DNA of 63,309 nucleotides, the filler included, from Sphacelaria rigidula (taxonomy: Eukaryota), in assembly GCA_964200075.2 (NCBI GenBank). It is 7 parts of 7 records of this genome, joined end to end, with 100 filler letters (N's around TTAATTAATTAA, not from the genome) between each part and the next. Parts side by side here need not be neighbours in the genome. Positions count along the whole stretch, not along the records: positions 18,119 to 27,077 come from CAXNAA020009652.1; positions 27,178 to 36,135 come from CAXNAA020009653.1; positions 36,236 to 45,193 come from CAXNAA020009654.1; 4 more parts are not named here. One strand, 5' to 3'. The stretch's first letter is position 1. Each line of letters opens with the position of its first letter. The position numbers and the translations under genes are program-made. Of this stretch, positions 26,013 to 37,514 are shown one piece after another. Below the pieces are notes generated by a model. The model was given only the letters and a program-made list of their open reading frames with translations, was not told the origin of the DNA and did no database searches.

Positions 26013-27077
26013 GAAAAAGTCGTGGATTTCGAAAAAAAACGGCCTGATTGATGACATGCCTAATAGAGGTATCTCAAACTCGGCTCCCGGTATCCTGGTT
26101 TGTTTGCTGGCTCTGAGGTATTGACTATTTTTCCAAGTGAAAGTTATCGCGATTCATAGGAGGACCTGGCCTATGGCGGTCAAAGGGTCTCATCATGTAT
26201 GTGATGAATCGTCATCACTCATGTACGACATGAATTAGGCCTGCCCGTTCTAGCGAAAGAAGAAATTATGGATGGTATTGTGAGAATTAGAATAATCGCA
26301 ACGAACAGCCCACAAGGGGCGAAACAACTCCGTTCACTTTCGGATGATTTCTCCATTCTCATCAACATTTAAGAAAAATAAGTGGTGAAATAGTTGCCAC
26401 TTGTGTCCTGGCTGTTACAAAATTCCTCTAAAATCTTGTTTTTTTGTTGTTTAGAGAGAACGAGCCTCACATTACGATCCACCGAAGGTCGGTACTCAAG
26501 ATATTGCGAGATTGTTGGGGGCAGGTTCTTTTAGAGTTGCGTGTGAAGAGTGACCATCCCCCTTCACGAGACTTTGAATCCTTCTTCGCTTTACTACTCT
26601 CGTACTTGACCCTCACCTATCTAGCCGTCGGAGTTGACCCTTGCAATAAACAGTAATATATATTTTCAGTCGATACCCTGACCATGGAACTCGGAAATAA
26701 ATTTACACGCAGTTTATAAAGTCCCGTGTTTTTACTGTGAGAAACAATTTCGACCTCTGCTCATATCTGAACAAGAAACGAGCAATTCCACGGGAGAGGT
26801 GCACTTTTTTCTGGGGCTCTTTGCTATGGGAGCCCCTCAATGACGAGTATCTGGGCCTTAATGTGCAGCCTCAGAAAACATTTGGACGAAAAAGTGCACC
26901 CCTACTACCGTGGCATTACTCAAACCGTTCTTATTTGTCAGAATCTCCTGTTATCACGGGATTTCACAAGTTGTTTATGTACTCTTTTGTCTTAAGGGGG
27001 GGGGGGGTGAGCGAGGCCACACGTCACGGCCAGATAGTGCATTTAAACAGTGCTTTCGTGAGATTAAGAGAAGATAA

Positions 27078-27177
27078 NNNNNNNNNNNNNNNNNNNNNNN
27101 NNNNNNNNNNNNNNNNNNNNNTTAATTAATTAANNNNNNNNNNNNNNNNNNNNNNNNNNNNNNNNNNNNNNNNNNNN
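27078..27177. other. Artificial contig spacer
   Basis: Same 100-bp linker. Confidence 0.98.
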
Positions 27178-27317
27178 CGCCGATAACACCACGGCGCTTC
27201 GCGCTTGGTGATTGAGTGCGAGCCTGGTCCGGCGAAAACCCGGCGTGCTCCGTCCCGGCTTTGTAGGGATGCGAGGTCAATGGTCTTGGCAAGCATGATC
27301 ATGAGTACACCCCCCCC
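27178..27317 (-). repeat. Dispersed repeat of the G-run-headed family
   Basis: ...gggatgcgaggtcaatggtcttggcaagcatgatcatgagtacacccccccc. Confidence 0.8.
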
Positions 27318-27577
27318 AGTGCTATCGGGCGATACGAGTAAATACCGTTCATCGTGAGGGTGATATTGGCCGTGCAACACAGTTATTCGGCTCTAGTGCA
27401 TGATTTAGTAAAATGAAGAATAAAAATAAACTGTACCTTTCACCATTTGACAAATACCAGGGGCATATTTTCATGGGGGGCAAACAAACGTGCCCGTGTG
27501 TATCGGAGGACGTCATGGAGTTGTCTGGTATTCAGAGCAGCCCATCTATTGGTCATCTGTCACTATGTTCCATGCAG

Positions 27578-27709
27578 GTGTGGAACAAGTCTTCCGGAAA
27601 GCTGGCAACAAGCTGAAGTTTTCGAAGACTGGGAGCTGGACGACCCCGACGGAGAGCCGCTGGATACCTTCCGAAGGGTGCGCTCTGAAATCAAGGAGCA
27701 CGTCGAAGC
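27578..27709 (+). CDS. arsC: Exon encoding the C-terminal part of a cyanobacterial-type arsenate reductase (LMW-PTP fold)
   Basis: catgcag|xCGTSLPESWQQAEVFEDWELDDPDGEPLDTFRRVRSEIKEHVE(A)|gtgagt. Closely resembles, from memory, Synechocystis ArsC CGCGVNLPPEWVTQEIFEDWQLEDPDGQSLEVFRTVRGQVKERVE. May instead end at TGA 27711-27713. Confidence 0.85.
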
Positions 27710-28476
27710 GTGAGTCGCTGCAAACGTCCAGGAGATTCGTGTAATAAAATCTTGCTGAGTATCATATCAACATGTCCGGGTCGGTCTACTCCCTCTATCC
27801 CCTGCCCTCCCCTGCCCCCCATCTGTCTTCACGATAAGTCCGTAAGCGTAGGTGTCCAGGATTGGATCATGCCATATATCCCGCGGTATTCACCCGCCGT
27901 GAAACTCGTTGTCGAGAGTTGGATCATGACCACTACCGTAACCCGTCGATCTTCATCTATTCATTTTCCTCCGTGTTGCGAGGGTCTGACAAATTATCAC
28001 CGGTTCGAACCACCAAATCTACTGCTCCTGAGGCCTGATTTCTCCAAAGAGGGGAAGAGGTTGACCGCGGGTCGAGAAGGTCTCTACCCGAAATTTGCGC
28101 TATTCTACATGCCGGGGGTGCGCGTACCTGGGGTGCAACCCCGAAAACAGAACTCAACGAGTGATCCTCAACGAATGAATCAAGTACACCGGAGGCAATG
28201 ATTTTCAAGGCGAATCATGATTCGTTCAACCCTTACGTTGTCGGATCGAGAAACAAAAACATAGATAAAGCGACGACGCCATGGTTTGCGGCCTAAGCTT
28301 GATTGGGCCCTGTTGTCGCGAATCTTGGAAGTGGAGCGAACATCCGTGCGGCGACCCATGGACGCTTCTCCTATGCCGACGCCTCGAGGCTCTCTCACAG
28401 CTGTGAAATCTCTCTTGGCGTGCGAAACATCTTTGTTTTTTTCGCCACACTTGATGCAGTACGCCCCCTCTTCCTC

Positions 28477-28679
28477 GGGACTCGTCCACACCGTGGATAA
28501 TGGCAATACATGGCGAATAGTTGCAATATACGAAAAATCCACCGCGTAAAGCATAGGCCTATTGCAACTATTGTCGGCCAACAGTAGTTGCAGTAGGCCC
28601 ATACTTCACCCAGTATATTTTCTTGTTTTTTGGAACTACTGACGGTGTACTGTCATTGTCCAGGGTGTGGACGAGTCCC
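28477..28679. mobile_element. MITE with GGG-starting TIRs
   Basis: GGGACTCGTCCACACCGTGGATAATGGCA vs TGTCATTGTCCAGGGTGTGGACGAGTCCC; internal sequence related to about 33610-33715. Confidence 0.7.
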
Positions 28680-29920
28680 ACGGTCGCAATAGTACAGTAT
28701 CAACCCATATCTCCCGCGTTATGGTACTGTGTACCCCTTGCATTATTATGAGTATATTTATATATTGTGTCACACTTTGAACCCCTCCCCTTCCTCGGGG
28801 CGAGTCCGTGGTCTCAAAGGATCAACCCACCTCTCTATCTCTCCCCGGTACAGTGTACACCGTGCAGTCTGGTGTCGCGGGATTGGATCATGACCATGAG
28901 AACTCTCGCACTGCGACAATTCTCGTCAAAGAATCACAAAGAACAGTGTTTTCTTGAGATGGAGAATAAAGGATACGATTGAGAGTAAAAAGCGGTAAAT
29001 GAGTGGAAGAATCGTTTCAGTTCCGAAATTCCGCTCTATGAGGCCCTTGATATCCCCGAGTAGGATGTCGGCGTGTAGCTGTGAGCACACGCCAGTGATG
29101 GAGGCAAAGAAAAGCACACACGGAATGAATGATTGGCTAAGTTGAAGCGAATGATCAAAGCCACTCTGAATCAGCGCTCTGCTCTCGATCTCACGAAAAC
29201 GTCGTTAAAGTAAGTCAGCTATTACAGTACTTTTTTGCTACTCACTTACGCCCACTTCCGGTGGTGAGGATTAGACACTTGAAAAGGACACGATGCATCT
29301 GGCAGGAATATAACCCATGTTTCATTCACGTTGGTGACAAGTCAGACCATTGGACCACGGGGGCGGGTCATAAGCGCGGATTATTGGATAATACTGGGAC
29401 TCCCGCACACATTCCGTTGGAAACTTTAAGGATGAGCCTTGGAAACCTTCATAAGCATCGACATATTTCCGAAATAAAAATGCAAATGCACTCTACGGCG
29501 GTTATGTGTGGCTTCGTTCATCCTCAAGAATCCATCGGCAGTTCGTAAAATCCCGTACAAAAAAAAAATGTTATTATTTGTCAGAATCCTCCGTGAAGTT
29601 AACACGGGATTCTACAAATTGGTGATCGATTTTTTGTTTCCAATGGGTGAGCGGGAGGGACCACACGTCAGGGACGGATAGTGCATTTCCATTTCCTTCC
29701 TGGAATATTCCTATGCTTATGAAGGTTCCCAAGGTTCATCTTCACAAAATAAAAATATAGCACCCGTCCCTCTTTTTTGTCAAATCCCGTGTCGGATGTG
29801 TTGTTCAGTCACCCGGATGTCTCGAAGTGTTCCGACACCTGAGCATAGCGCAATCATTGAATGTGTAAACTGTTGTTCATGTTTTCAAACGTCGAACAGC
29901 CCATGAGATACCTGAAATAG

Positions 29921-30247
29921 TAGAGCTCGGAGATGGTACCAGTTATAACTGGCCATGATCATTGTGATGGTTATATGGTAATTTTGGATAATGGTTTCAA
30001 ACCATTATTTACCGTTACCGGCTACGTACGCTACATGCAGCCCTTGAAAATTGGCCCAAATTCAACATTTTTCTTAGTCCTACGAGGGCGCCTCCGGCGG
30101 GGAGGCCCCTCTGCCGAGGGGGGCTTTTTGGCTCGCGGCTGCGCCGCTCGATGACCAAACCATTATGTACCATTTAACTGGTTCATGAGTGCGCTACGCG
30201 TAATCATTCAACTGGTTAATGGTTAGACAAACCATTTCCGAGCTCTA
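29921..30247. mobile_element. hAT-type MITE, second (inverted, shorter) copy of 13916-14329
   Basis: TAGAGCTC... TIRs; perfect 8-bp TSD TGAAATAG (29913-29920 and 30248-30255). Confidence 0.9.
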
Positions 30248-30451
30248 TGAAATAGCTAATCGAAGAGAACTCTCGGATCAGTTGTACAAAAAAACACAGA
30301 ACACGTGACAGCAGTGTCCGAAGAGCAAAAAAGTGACCTTCCCGCTACGCCGCGTGCTCGGCGTCCATCGCTGTCAGGAGCTAATACGGAAATGGTGGCC
30401 AAATGAGGTAGCTCATGATCCGGATCAATACTCGAGTAAGAAGTAAAACGA

Positions 30452-30900
30452 CTTTGTATGGCAACCAATCCGTATCTGTACAAATATGAGGATTTCAGCT
30501 CGTTTAAATCCGATTTTCTCCCGTGGATTGATTTTTCGCACCCCAGTCCGTTGGGCAATGTTTTTTGCCTAGCTCTGAGGAAATCAGATCGATTCTCCGA
30601 TTCTCTGGGCGCTGACTTTTGGTTCATCACCTCTCTGCTCAGATCGGGAGACTCCCGCATGTCCCCCGAATCTGGGGTCCAAATCGGGGGAGATGCGAGA
30701 GTCTTCCGATCTGAGCAGAGAGGTGATGAGTAAAGAGCAGCGTCCAGAGAATCGGAGAATTGATCTGGGTTCCTCAGAGGTGGCCGAAAAACATTGCCCA
30801 AGGGACTGGGGTCCAAAAAATCAATCCACGGGAGAAAATCGGATTTGAACGGGCTGAAATCCTCATATCTGTACAAATACGGATTGGTTGTCATACAAAG
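30452..30900. mobile_element. Foldback palindrome (about 220-bp arms, almost no spacer)
   Basis: ctttgtatggcaaccaatccgtat... is mirrored by ...atacggattggttgtcatacaaag; centre near 30675. Confidence 0.85.
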
Positions 30901-30987
30901 CGGTCTAATACCCAGGTAGCTCATGAGCTGTCCGGCGTGTGCATTTTTTTGCCATGGTACTTCTCTGCAGCTATCTCTCTCTCTATA

Positions 30988-31505
30988 CTTCCTCTGTCCC
31001 CTAAGTAAAGGTACCTCAATTTGTACGGGCCCTTAACGATGTCCGATCGTTTTTTTTTCTTCGTGAACTCTACGGTGTTTTTCGGGTTAAGAAAATGTGT
31101 TTGAAATTTGCAGCTCGTGCTTGAACCATGCCGCCAAACGGCTGCAAAAAAAGTAGTCGGTCCAAAAATGGCCGTTTTTTGCCTCTTTCCGAGGGGGAAC
31201 AAGGTGTCGATTTTTTATTATTATGATTTTTTTTATCGCGCACGCCTTCACTGGGGCTTGCTGCCAGGAAATCCCACGCGATTAAAGGAAAAAACATCCC
31301 CTCGGAAAGGGGCAAAAAACGGCCATTTTTGGGCCGACGACTTTTCTTGCAGCCGTTCGGCGGCATGGATCAAGCACGAGCTGCAAATTCTTCACACATT
31401 TTCTTATCCCAAAAAACACGGTAGAGTTCATGAAAAAAAAACACGGTCAGATATCGTTAAGGGCCCGTACAAATCTAGGTACCTTTACTAATGGGACAGA
31501 GGAAA
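30988..31505. mobile_element. Stowaway-like (Tc1/mariner-derived) MITE with about 205-bp TIRs
   Basis: TA|CTTCCTCTGTCCC ... GGGACAGAGGAAA|TA; TA target followed by (TA)n; long inverted arms. Confidence 0.85.
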
Positions 31506-32096
31506 TATATATATATATATATATATATTCATGCATATACCTCCCTAACTCTACGAGGTGATGTCAACCATGTTCTCCTCATACCCCCTCTCTCCCCCCT
31601 CCTTCCCCTCCTTCCCCTCACAGACTCGTCGATAAGATAGAGAAGGGTCATATCACTACCCAAGGGGAGCGGGACGACATGGCGAAGGGGCGTAAACAAT
31701 GCTGATGCGACAGAGGGCGAACACATATTGACTGACTTAGCCGCCGGGCTCCAGGGAGTCTAAGTGATGTCTCTCTTGTCCTGTGTTGATCATGAAACAA
31801 CACACGTTTTGACCACCGGGTATATATCTGGAAAAATGGTTGTTAAGCGGGGGAGCGCTCTTGTGACGTCTTGAGTGTCCCGTAATTTTTGAGGGGGCTC
31901 GGTTTTTTTTTCCTTCTCTTGTCATAGTCGTCGTCATCGTCGGAAAATCTTATCGTAGCTCTCGTTTCGTTGTTTGTGAAATGTGTCCCATGTGTTACTT
32001 GTTCTTGTTTTTTTCTTCCCTCTCGCCCTTGTTTCCTCTTCTTTTTTTTTTAATTGGCATCATTTTTTTTTTTTTTTATGGGGTTCCCAGTCACGC

Positions 32097-32153
32097 GTTG
32101 TTGTTGGTGGTTGTTGTTGTTGTTGATGTTGATGATGATGATGATGATGATGA
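32097..32153. repeat. Compound (GTT)n/(GAT)n microsatellite
   Basis: Visible directly in the sequence. Confidence 0.9.
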
Positions 32154-35100
32154 TTCAGTGTTTGTGTTGGTGGTTCAGTGTTGGTGGTGGTTTGTGCTCG
32201 ATGTAGCATCGCCATTTAGTTGGTTACTCGTCTATTTTTTGTAATTTCTAGCAGCTACGAAAAAAACCTGCAATGAAACGAACACAATGTGTGTTCTTGT
32301 ATGTATGTGTTTTTTTTTTCAAGCATTTTTTTTTTCTTTATCCTCTGTTTCATTGAAGCCGGAGGTGGAGGGAGGGGATTATGTATGAGCCTTTCGGTAA
32401 ACATGAGAAGCGAATTAGGGGGCGAGAGAGGGAGCGGGTGCCGGGGGGGGGTGGAGGGTAATAATTTATGGTATACATGATTTTTATATTCCGAGTTTGT
32501 TTCATACACGTCAGCAACCCAAAAACGACATGTATGAGGTAGTGAGTCGGCTTCCGTAAGTGGACCACCCTGGTGCATGAAAAAGACCTACCTGGGTGTC
32601 ATGCTCTTTATTTTATTTTAATGAGTAAATCCTTTTTTTCTCGAAGCACGGTGTGAAAAAACATTGCTCCCGCAGTAGATTGGCTACCCCGGGTGCTGTG
32701 ATGGTGCTCTAGTTGAAGGGTCCAGGTTCATGTATGTCGTGTGGAACATGACGCAGGTTGCTTCAAGTTGTCCAGGAGATAGCATCCACGTATTGGGAAC
32801 CAGAAAAAGGTCGCATGCTGTTGATGGTGGGAGATCACCTGTTGCGGATCTGAGGACCAATGCCCGGATGGGTAGGGAGACTCGTGTACGGAGTCGAGCT
32901 GGGAGACATCGCGAGGAAATTCGCTCGGTGAAGATGATTTCCCACGTGAAGATGGTAAACCATCCAAGTCCGAAAGTATCTGGGTGGGGGGGCACCCACA
33001 CCTTGGTGCCTACCCTGACACCGGACCGTCTTGATGGCAATTCAGCTTGAGGGCTGATTTCGAAGCGGCGGCGAGGTGGAGCGTACTCGAAAGTGCTGTA
33101 CGAAACTACAAATAGCAAAGTGCACGGCCAAGGCTCCTACCTGTCTCCTGGGAACAAAAAAGGAAGAGAAAAAAAAGAAAAAGGAGAAGAAAAAATTATC
33201 TGTTGCGGATTTTTTTCTTGTCTCTGTGGGGGGTGGGGGATACCGAATTACAGAACGTATGTACGTCACGTTTTTCGAGCCGTATTTCAGCACGTGATTT
33301 TTTCAAGTTCGGAGATATCTTGAGTGCTCCTTTTTTTTTTATTTCATACGTTATATCTTGTTTTGTTTCGTTTTGTTTTCATGTCGTTGCTCTTCTTTTT
33401 TGCGGGGGCCGGGGAGGGAGGGAAGGGCAGAGTCGGTTTTCACGGACGGAGTTTCCGTGTGTAAGATCAGACAGTCGGGATTTCTGGGGGGCATATGATC
33501 TTCGATTTCAGAGTATCCGCTAGTGCCGGCGGGGCTTGGATTTTTTTACACCCCCAACAATATATGGTCAGTAGATGCAATAGACAAGACGTGTACTGGG
33601 TAAAGTACAGGTCAATATTGACGGCCGATAGTAGTTGCAGCAATAGGCCTATACTTTCCCCCAGCACACTTTTCGTCTATTGTATATATTGCCATTTTCC
33701 AGGGTGTGGATTTTTATCGTCCAAAAATATCAATTCTGGGTCGGTTTTTCATTCTTTAGCACTTGGACAAGCAAGCTTCGTGACACAGCGGCAATTTTGA
33801 AACGGACGCACACGTGAGCGAGGTCTGTATTCATAGACGGCGGGAACGAGGCATATAGACGCGATCGCGAAATTGATGCCATCAGAGGGAAAACCAGTGT
33901 TCTCTACACTTTAGGTTGCATCTGTTTGGCTCTGTTTTGGGTACCTGGATGGAGGACAAGGGGGGGGACAAATTTTTGTTTTTGTTCTTCTTTTTTTTCT
34001 CCCTTTTTCCCCCCTCGTTCATCTCTGTTCTCTTGCTAGTATCCGGGCGGGCGTAACGCTCCTCCCTCGACACAGGAGCAAGATGTGTGAAAACTGTCGA
34101 AATGTAAATGCCACCCCACCCATGATTTGCGTTGTCTCGATCAGCTGAAAACCCCTGTGGCGTGTCTGAAGTGTCGAGGGGTGACGGATGAGGTACGGAG
34201 GGAGGAGGACGGGGGGGGATACGACGAGATGGTATTCCGGCATTTTGACGATCCATTATTTGGAGCCTCACGGAAAAACGCAAGAGATCTGCAAGGTCAT
34301 CTGATTGGCCGGGAGGCAAGAAAGGTCAACCAATCAGAAAAGTGCGAGCACTGTTGCTGTACTGATGTCGTTACTGCACTGTCCCGCACTCTCTCTTGTG
34401 TGTGTGTGTGTGTGCGCGCGACATTTTATATTGGTTTGTCTGTTGTGTCGACTTTTTCATGAGCAAGAGGCGCTACTTTGTTGAGGCGTGCAGGGAAGAA
34501 AACTCGGCGTAGAATGTGGGGAGGGGGGGAAGTGCAGCTTTTATTATCCGCGTTTCTTTTTTCTGCATGTATACCACAAACAAGGATTCATGTCTTTTTC
34601 ATGTAACACTACGTTGTCTTTGCCGTGCGTTATATGTCAAATGTAATGATGAGCGTTCAGGATCTTGGTATTACTGCATTTTCTTGGCCACTTTAGGCAC
34701 AGTTTACTATCCGCGTTTTTTGCGGGGAAGGCAGAGAGGGAAGGAGGGGGGGGAGGCGTTGATTGATTGCAGCGCGTGTGTTCACCGTGGAGTGACGTGG
34801 TGGAAGGCGTCATGAAGAATCTGCGTTCTTTTATAGGTATACATCTACATCCATACATGCAATACCCTTGGTTGTCTCAAACCATCGAGGGGCATAAACG
34901 CCGTCCATTATGGATTTGCCGTGTTCTGTGAAGGGAATTTAGAGTGACCAGCACGTTGATGCTTCTCATATGTGTTTTCTCCACTCAATGTCGTCACAAC
35001 GTACCGCTAGCCGACGTTGACAAAAATGGAGTTTGTGCCTGCTTTTGTTCATGTTATATTTTTCGTCTCTTTTGGCTTTGTTTCTCTCTTCTTTTTTCTT

Positions 35101-35831
35101 CGCTTCTTTTTTGCTTTGAATTCAGCGGGCGTTGAATGGTCGATGTGCTGTTGAGTGTGTTACGAGAAATGCGCACGGGGGACCCCCGTATTTTTATACT
35201 TCAAATGAACGGGATGATTTCTGGTTGGTGGGCGTGTAGAGTTTACTTCACTTTTGAGGGAGCACCCCCTTTTTTTTTTCCCCTCTTGTCGGTCTACAAT
35301 ACAACAACGGCGACATCAATAATCACAAGCCGTGTTGTTATTGTTTTTTGTCACGGGATGGACGAATGGCGGACGAAGTATGACGTACGATGGGTGGACT
35401 TGTGGAGCCGACAAATTTCACCGCTTCTCTCCGTCCCCCCTCCCCTTCAAGTCCTACTGTGACGGGATCGCTGCTGGTAACTCGACCCGTCATTATCGAC
35501 ACTGTTTCTTGCGGGGATGTCAGAAATTTTCGGACTTTTCGGACTCTGCGTTCAGACCCGCTCCGAAAGCGAAGATTTGATAATTTTTTCTCCCAAGCAT
35601 CATTTCTGGAGAAATCCCAGAAATTCGGACTGCAGCGCAGCAATTGGGAGAGCTGCCCCTGTGTGTGTGTCACGGCTCTCGCAAGCGATCGAGGGTCATC
35701 AGGGACCTTGCTAGTCCCGAAAATTCGGAGATCCCCGAAAAAACAGTGCCGACAAAAATGGGCTTAACCCGACCCATTAGGGACTGGTGGCATTTTTACC
35801 CTTCCAAAGATAGTTCGATAAAATGAGGTTG

Positions 35832-36093
35832 TACAGTAAAGTGAGGTTCAAGTCCAAAACAGTGCTACCCCCACACTTTCAGCGATGGTGTCCAATGACG
35901 TTTTTGTCAGCCTAATGCCCCTCGATCGCGTAGGTACTTTTTAAGCGCGCAGTTTACTCACCACTCTGTGAGCTTACATCGCTGATCGAAACCGTCATTT
36001 TCCCTGACATCTCCCCCCCCCTCAAAAACAGGGCACAATCGCTGAAAGTGTGGGGAAAGTACTGTTTTCGGCCTGAACCTCATTATAATAGTA
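35832..36093. mobile_element. MITE with about 60-bp imperfect TIRs
   Basis: tgaggttcaagtccaaaacagtgctacccccacactttcagcgat is mirrored by atcgctgaaagtgtggggaaagtactgttttcggcctgaacctca. Confidence 0.7.
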
Positions 36094-36135
36094 GTGTGTG
36101 TGTTGTCATCCCATTTATTCTGGGCACCAGTCTAC

Positions 36136-36235
36136 NNNNNNNNNNNNNNNNNNNNNNNNNNNNNNNNNNNNNNNNNNNNTTAATTAATTAANNNNNNNNN
36201 NNNNNNNNNNNNNNNNNNNNNNNNNNNNNNNNNNN
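36136..36235. other. Artificial contig spacer
   Basis: Same 100-bp linker. Confidence 0.98.
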
Positions 36236-36242
36236 TGTGAAG

Positions 36243-36285
<43 letters not shown>
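36243..36285. repeat. (AAC)n microsatellite at the contig end
   Basis: Visible directly in the sequence. Confidence 0.95.
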
Positions 36286-36308
36286 CCATCAGTAAACAAC
36301 GTTCGAAC

Positions 36309-36476
36309 CTGACTGAAGGTTGCGAGGATGGGAGAAGGGTCCGCTATGCCCGTCGTCTCGATGAGAATGCAGTCGAACGTGTCTCGTCGCTCCACAAAGC
36401 CCAGGAGGGCCCTCACGAGATCGCCCCTCACAGTGCAGCACACGCATCCGTTGTCCATCGTCACGATATCCTCCGC
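36309..36476 (-). CDS. COG0523/CobW (ZNG1-like) metallochaperone GTPase, exon with GCxCC and Walker B
   Basis: cag|AEDIVTMDNGCVCCTVRGDLVRAL...DCILIETTGIADPSPILATFSQ|gttcga; 168 nt, phase 0/0. Confidence 0.95.
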
Positions 36477-36827
36477 CTGAAACACACATCAACACACATG
36501 ATCACACCGCATAGTATAATTGTTCATTCAAGCAACACCAGGAGATGCCACGGAAATGACGTCTCATCTAGTACAGCTTGCCATACCTTCGCCAGCAATG
36601 GATTCAAATGGGCATGGGTATGGTCGATACCTCTTTCAAGCATGCACCAGACACAGATGTGACAATGCAAATGCAAATGCAGTTTCCGTATAAAGCCGAC
36701 GATGACTGTACGCGTCCCAGCACGGCAGATGGTGCGAACTCGTGGACATCAAAACACGGGACGGCTGTCGCAAGCTGCGGATTTTGGCAACTCTTGACAA
36801 GACAGATCACACTACATTTTACCTCAC

Positions 36828-36911
36828 CTCGCGCACGTTCTCCTCCACAAGCGCGGTGTCGATGCTGACAGCTCCGTACTCGTTTTCGATCACCACTATC
36901 TTCATTTCACG
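36828..36911 (-). CDS. COG0523/CobW GTPase exon (VIENEYG motif)
   Basis: cag|REMKIVVIENEYGAVSIDTALVEENVRE|gtgagg; 84 nt, phase 0/0. Confidence 0.95.
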
Positions 36912-37364
36912 CTGCGACGATCATCGGAGGATACAAGCACAAGTGAGGCAACACATACTTCGAAATCAGTAAGAAAGACGCATCCAACCTAAACCTGAAG
37001 TGACTGCGTCGACCAATAATCGGCCCACCACCTCATGCGACGCAAGAAGGTGCCTCAATTCCTCCAACCTGCCACTCCGATAGAACGCTTGTGAACTAGA
37101 TGCGCCACATGTCCATATCGACAAGAGATCACACATGCCAAAGCGAGAGCAGAAACAGGACGGCACGAAAAAATACGCAAAATATGGACGCGCTCAAAAC
37201 TACAACACCCCCCTGACGTACTCAACAGCCACTCCACGTCGCCACCATAAAAGCAACCACGATCGCATGAAGTTCACTCTGCGTAAGATTTCACCCACAC
37301 TAAGGACAACCAGCGAACGAGACGCTACTTACGCCGATGTCATCAAGACAGCAGCACATCACAC

Positions 37365-37514
37365 CTGTTCTTTGAGGATGTAATTGACGAGAGTGGTCTT
37401 GCCCGCACCCAGAAAGCCCGTCACCACAGTCACGGGAGTCTTTTCCTCATCTGGTACCTTGGGCGGCGGCACATTGGCTTCACTGTCGCTTGAGTCATAG
37501 TCCTCCTGCTCATC
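37365..37514 (-). CDS. COG0523/CobW GTPase exon with Walker A
   Basis: cag|[50 protein letters not shown]|gtgtga; 150 nt. Confidence 0.95.

Noticed and set aside
27240-27317. HDV-like ribozyme in the G-run-headed repeat (ACCUCGC resembles L3; the G-run can pair with CAUCCCU)
   Set aside because: No P3 stem, no GG for P1.1 and no recognisable J4/2 could be built by eye.
30256-30924. 222-aa ORF with self-similar peptides on both strands
   Set aside because: Produced by the DNA palindrome; no protein motifs.
27578-37514. Metal/metalloid resistance cluster (arsC plus COG0523)
   Set aside because: The genes lie on different contigs separated by an artificial spacer.
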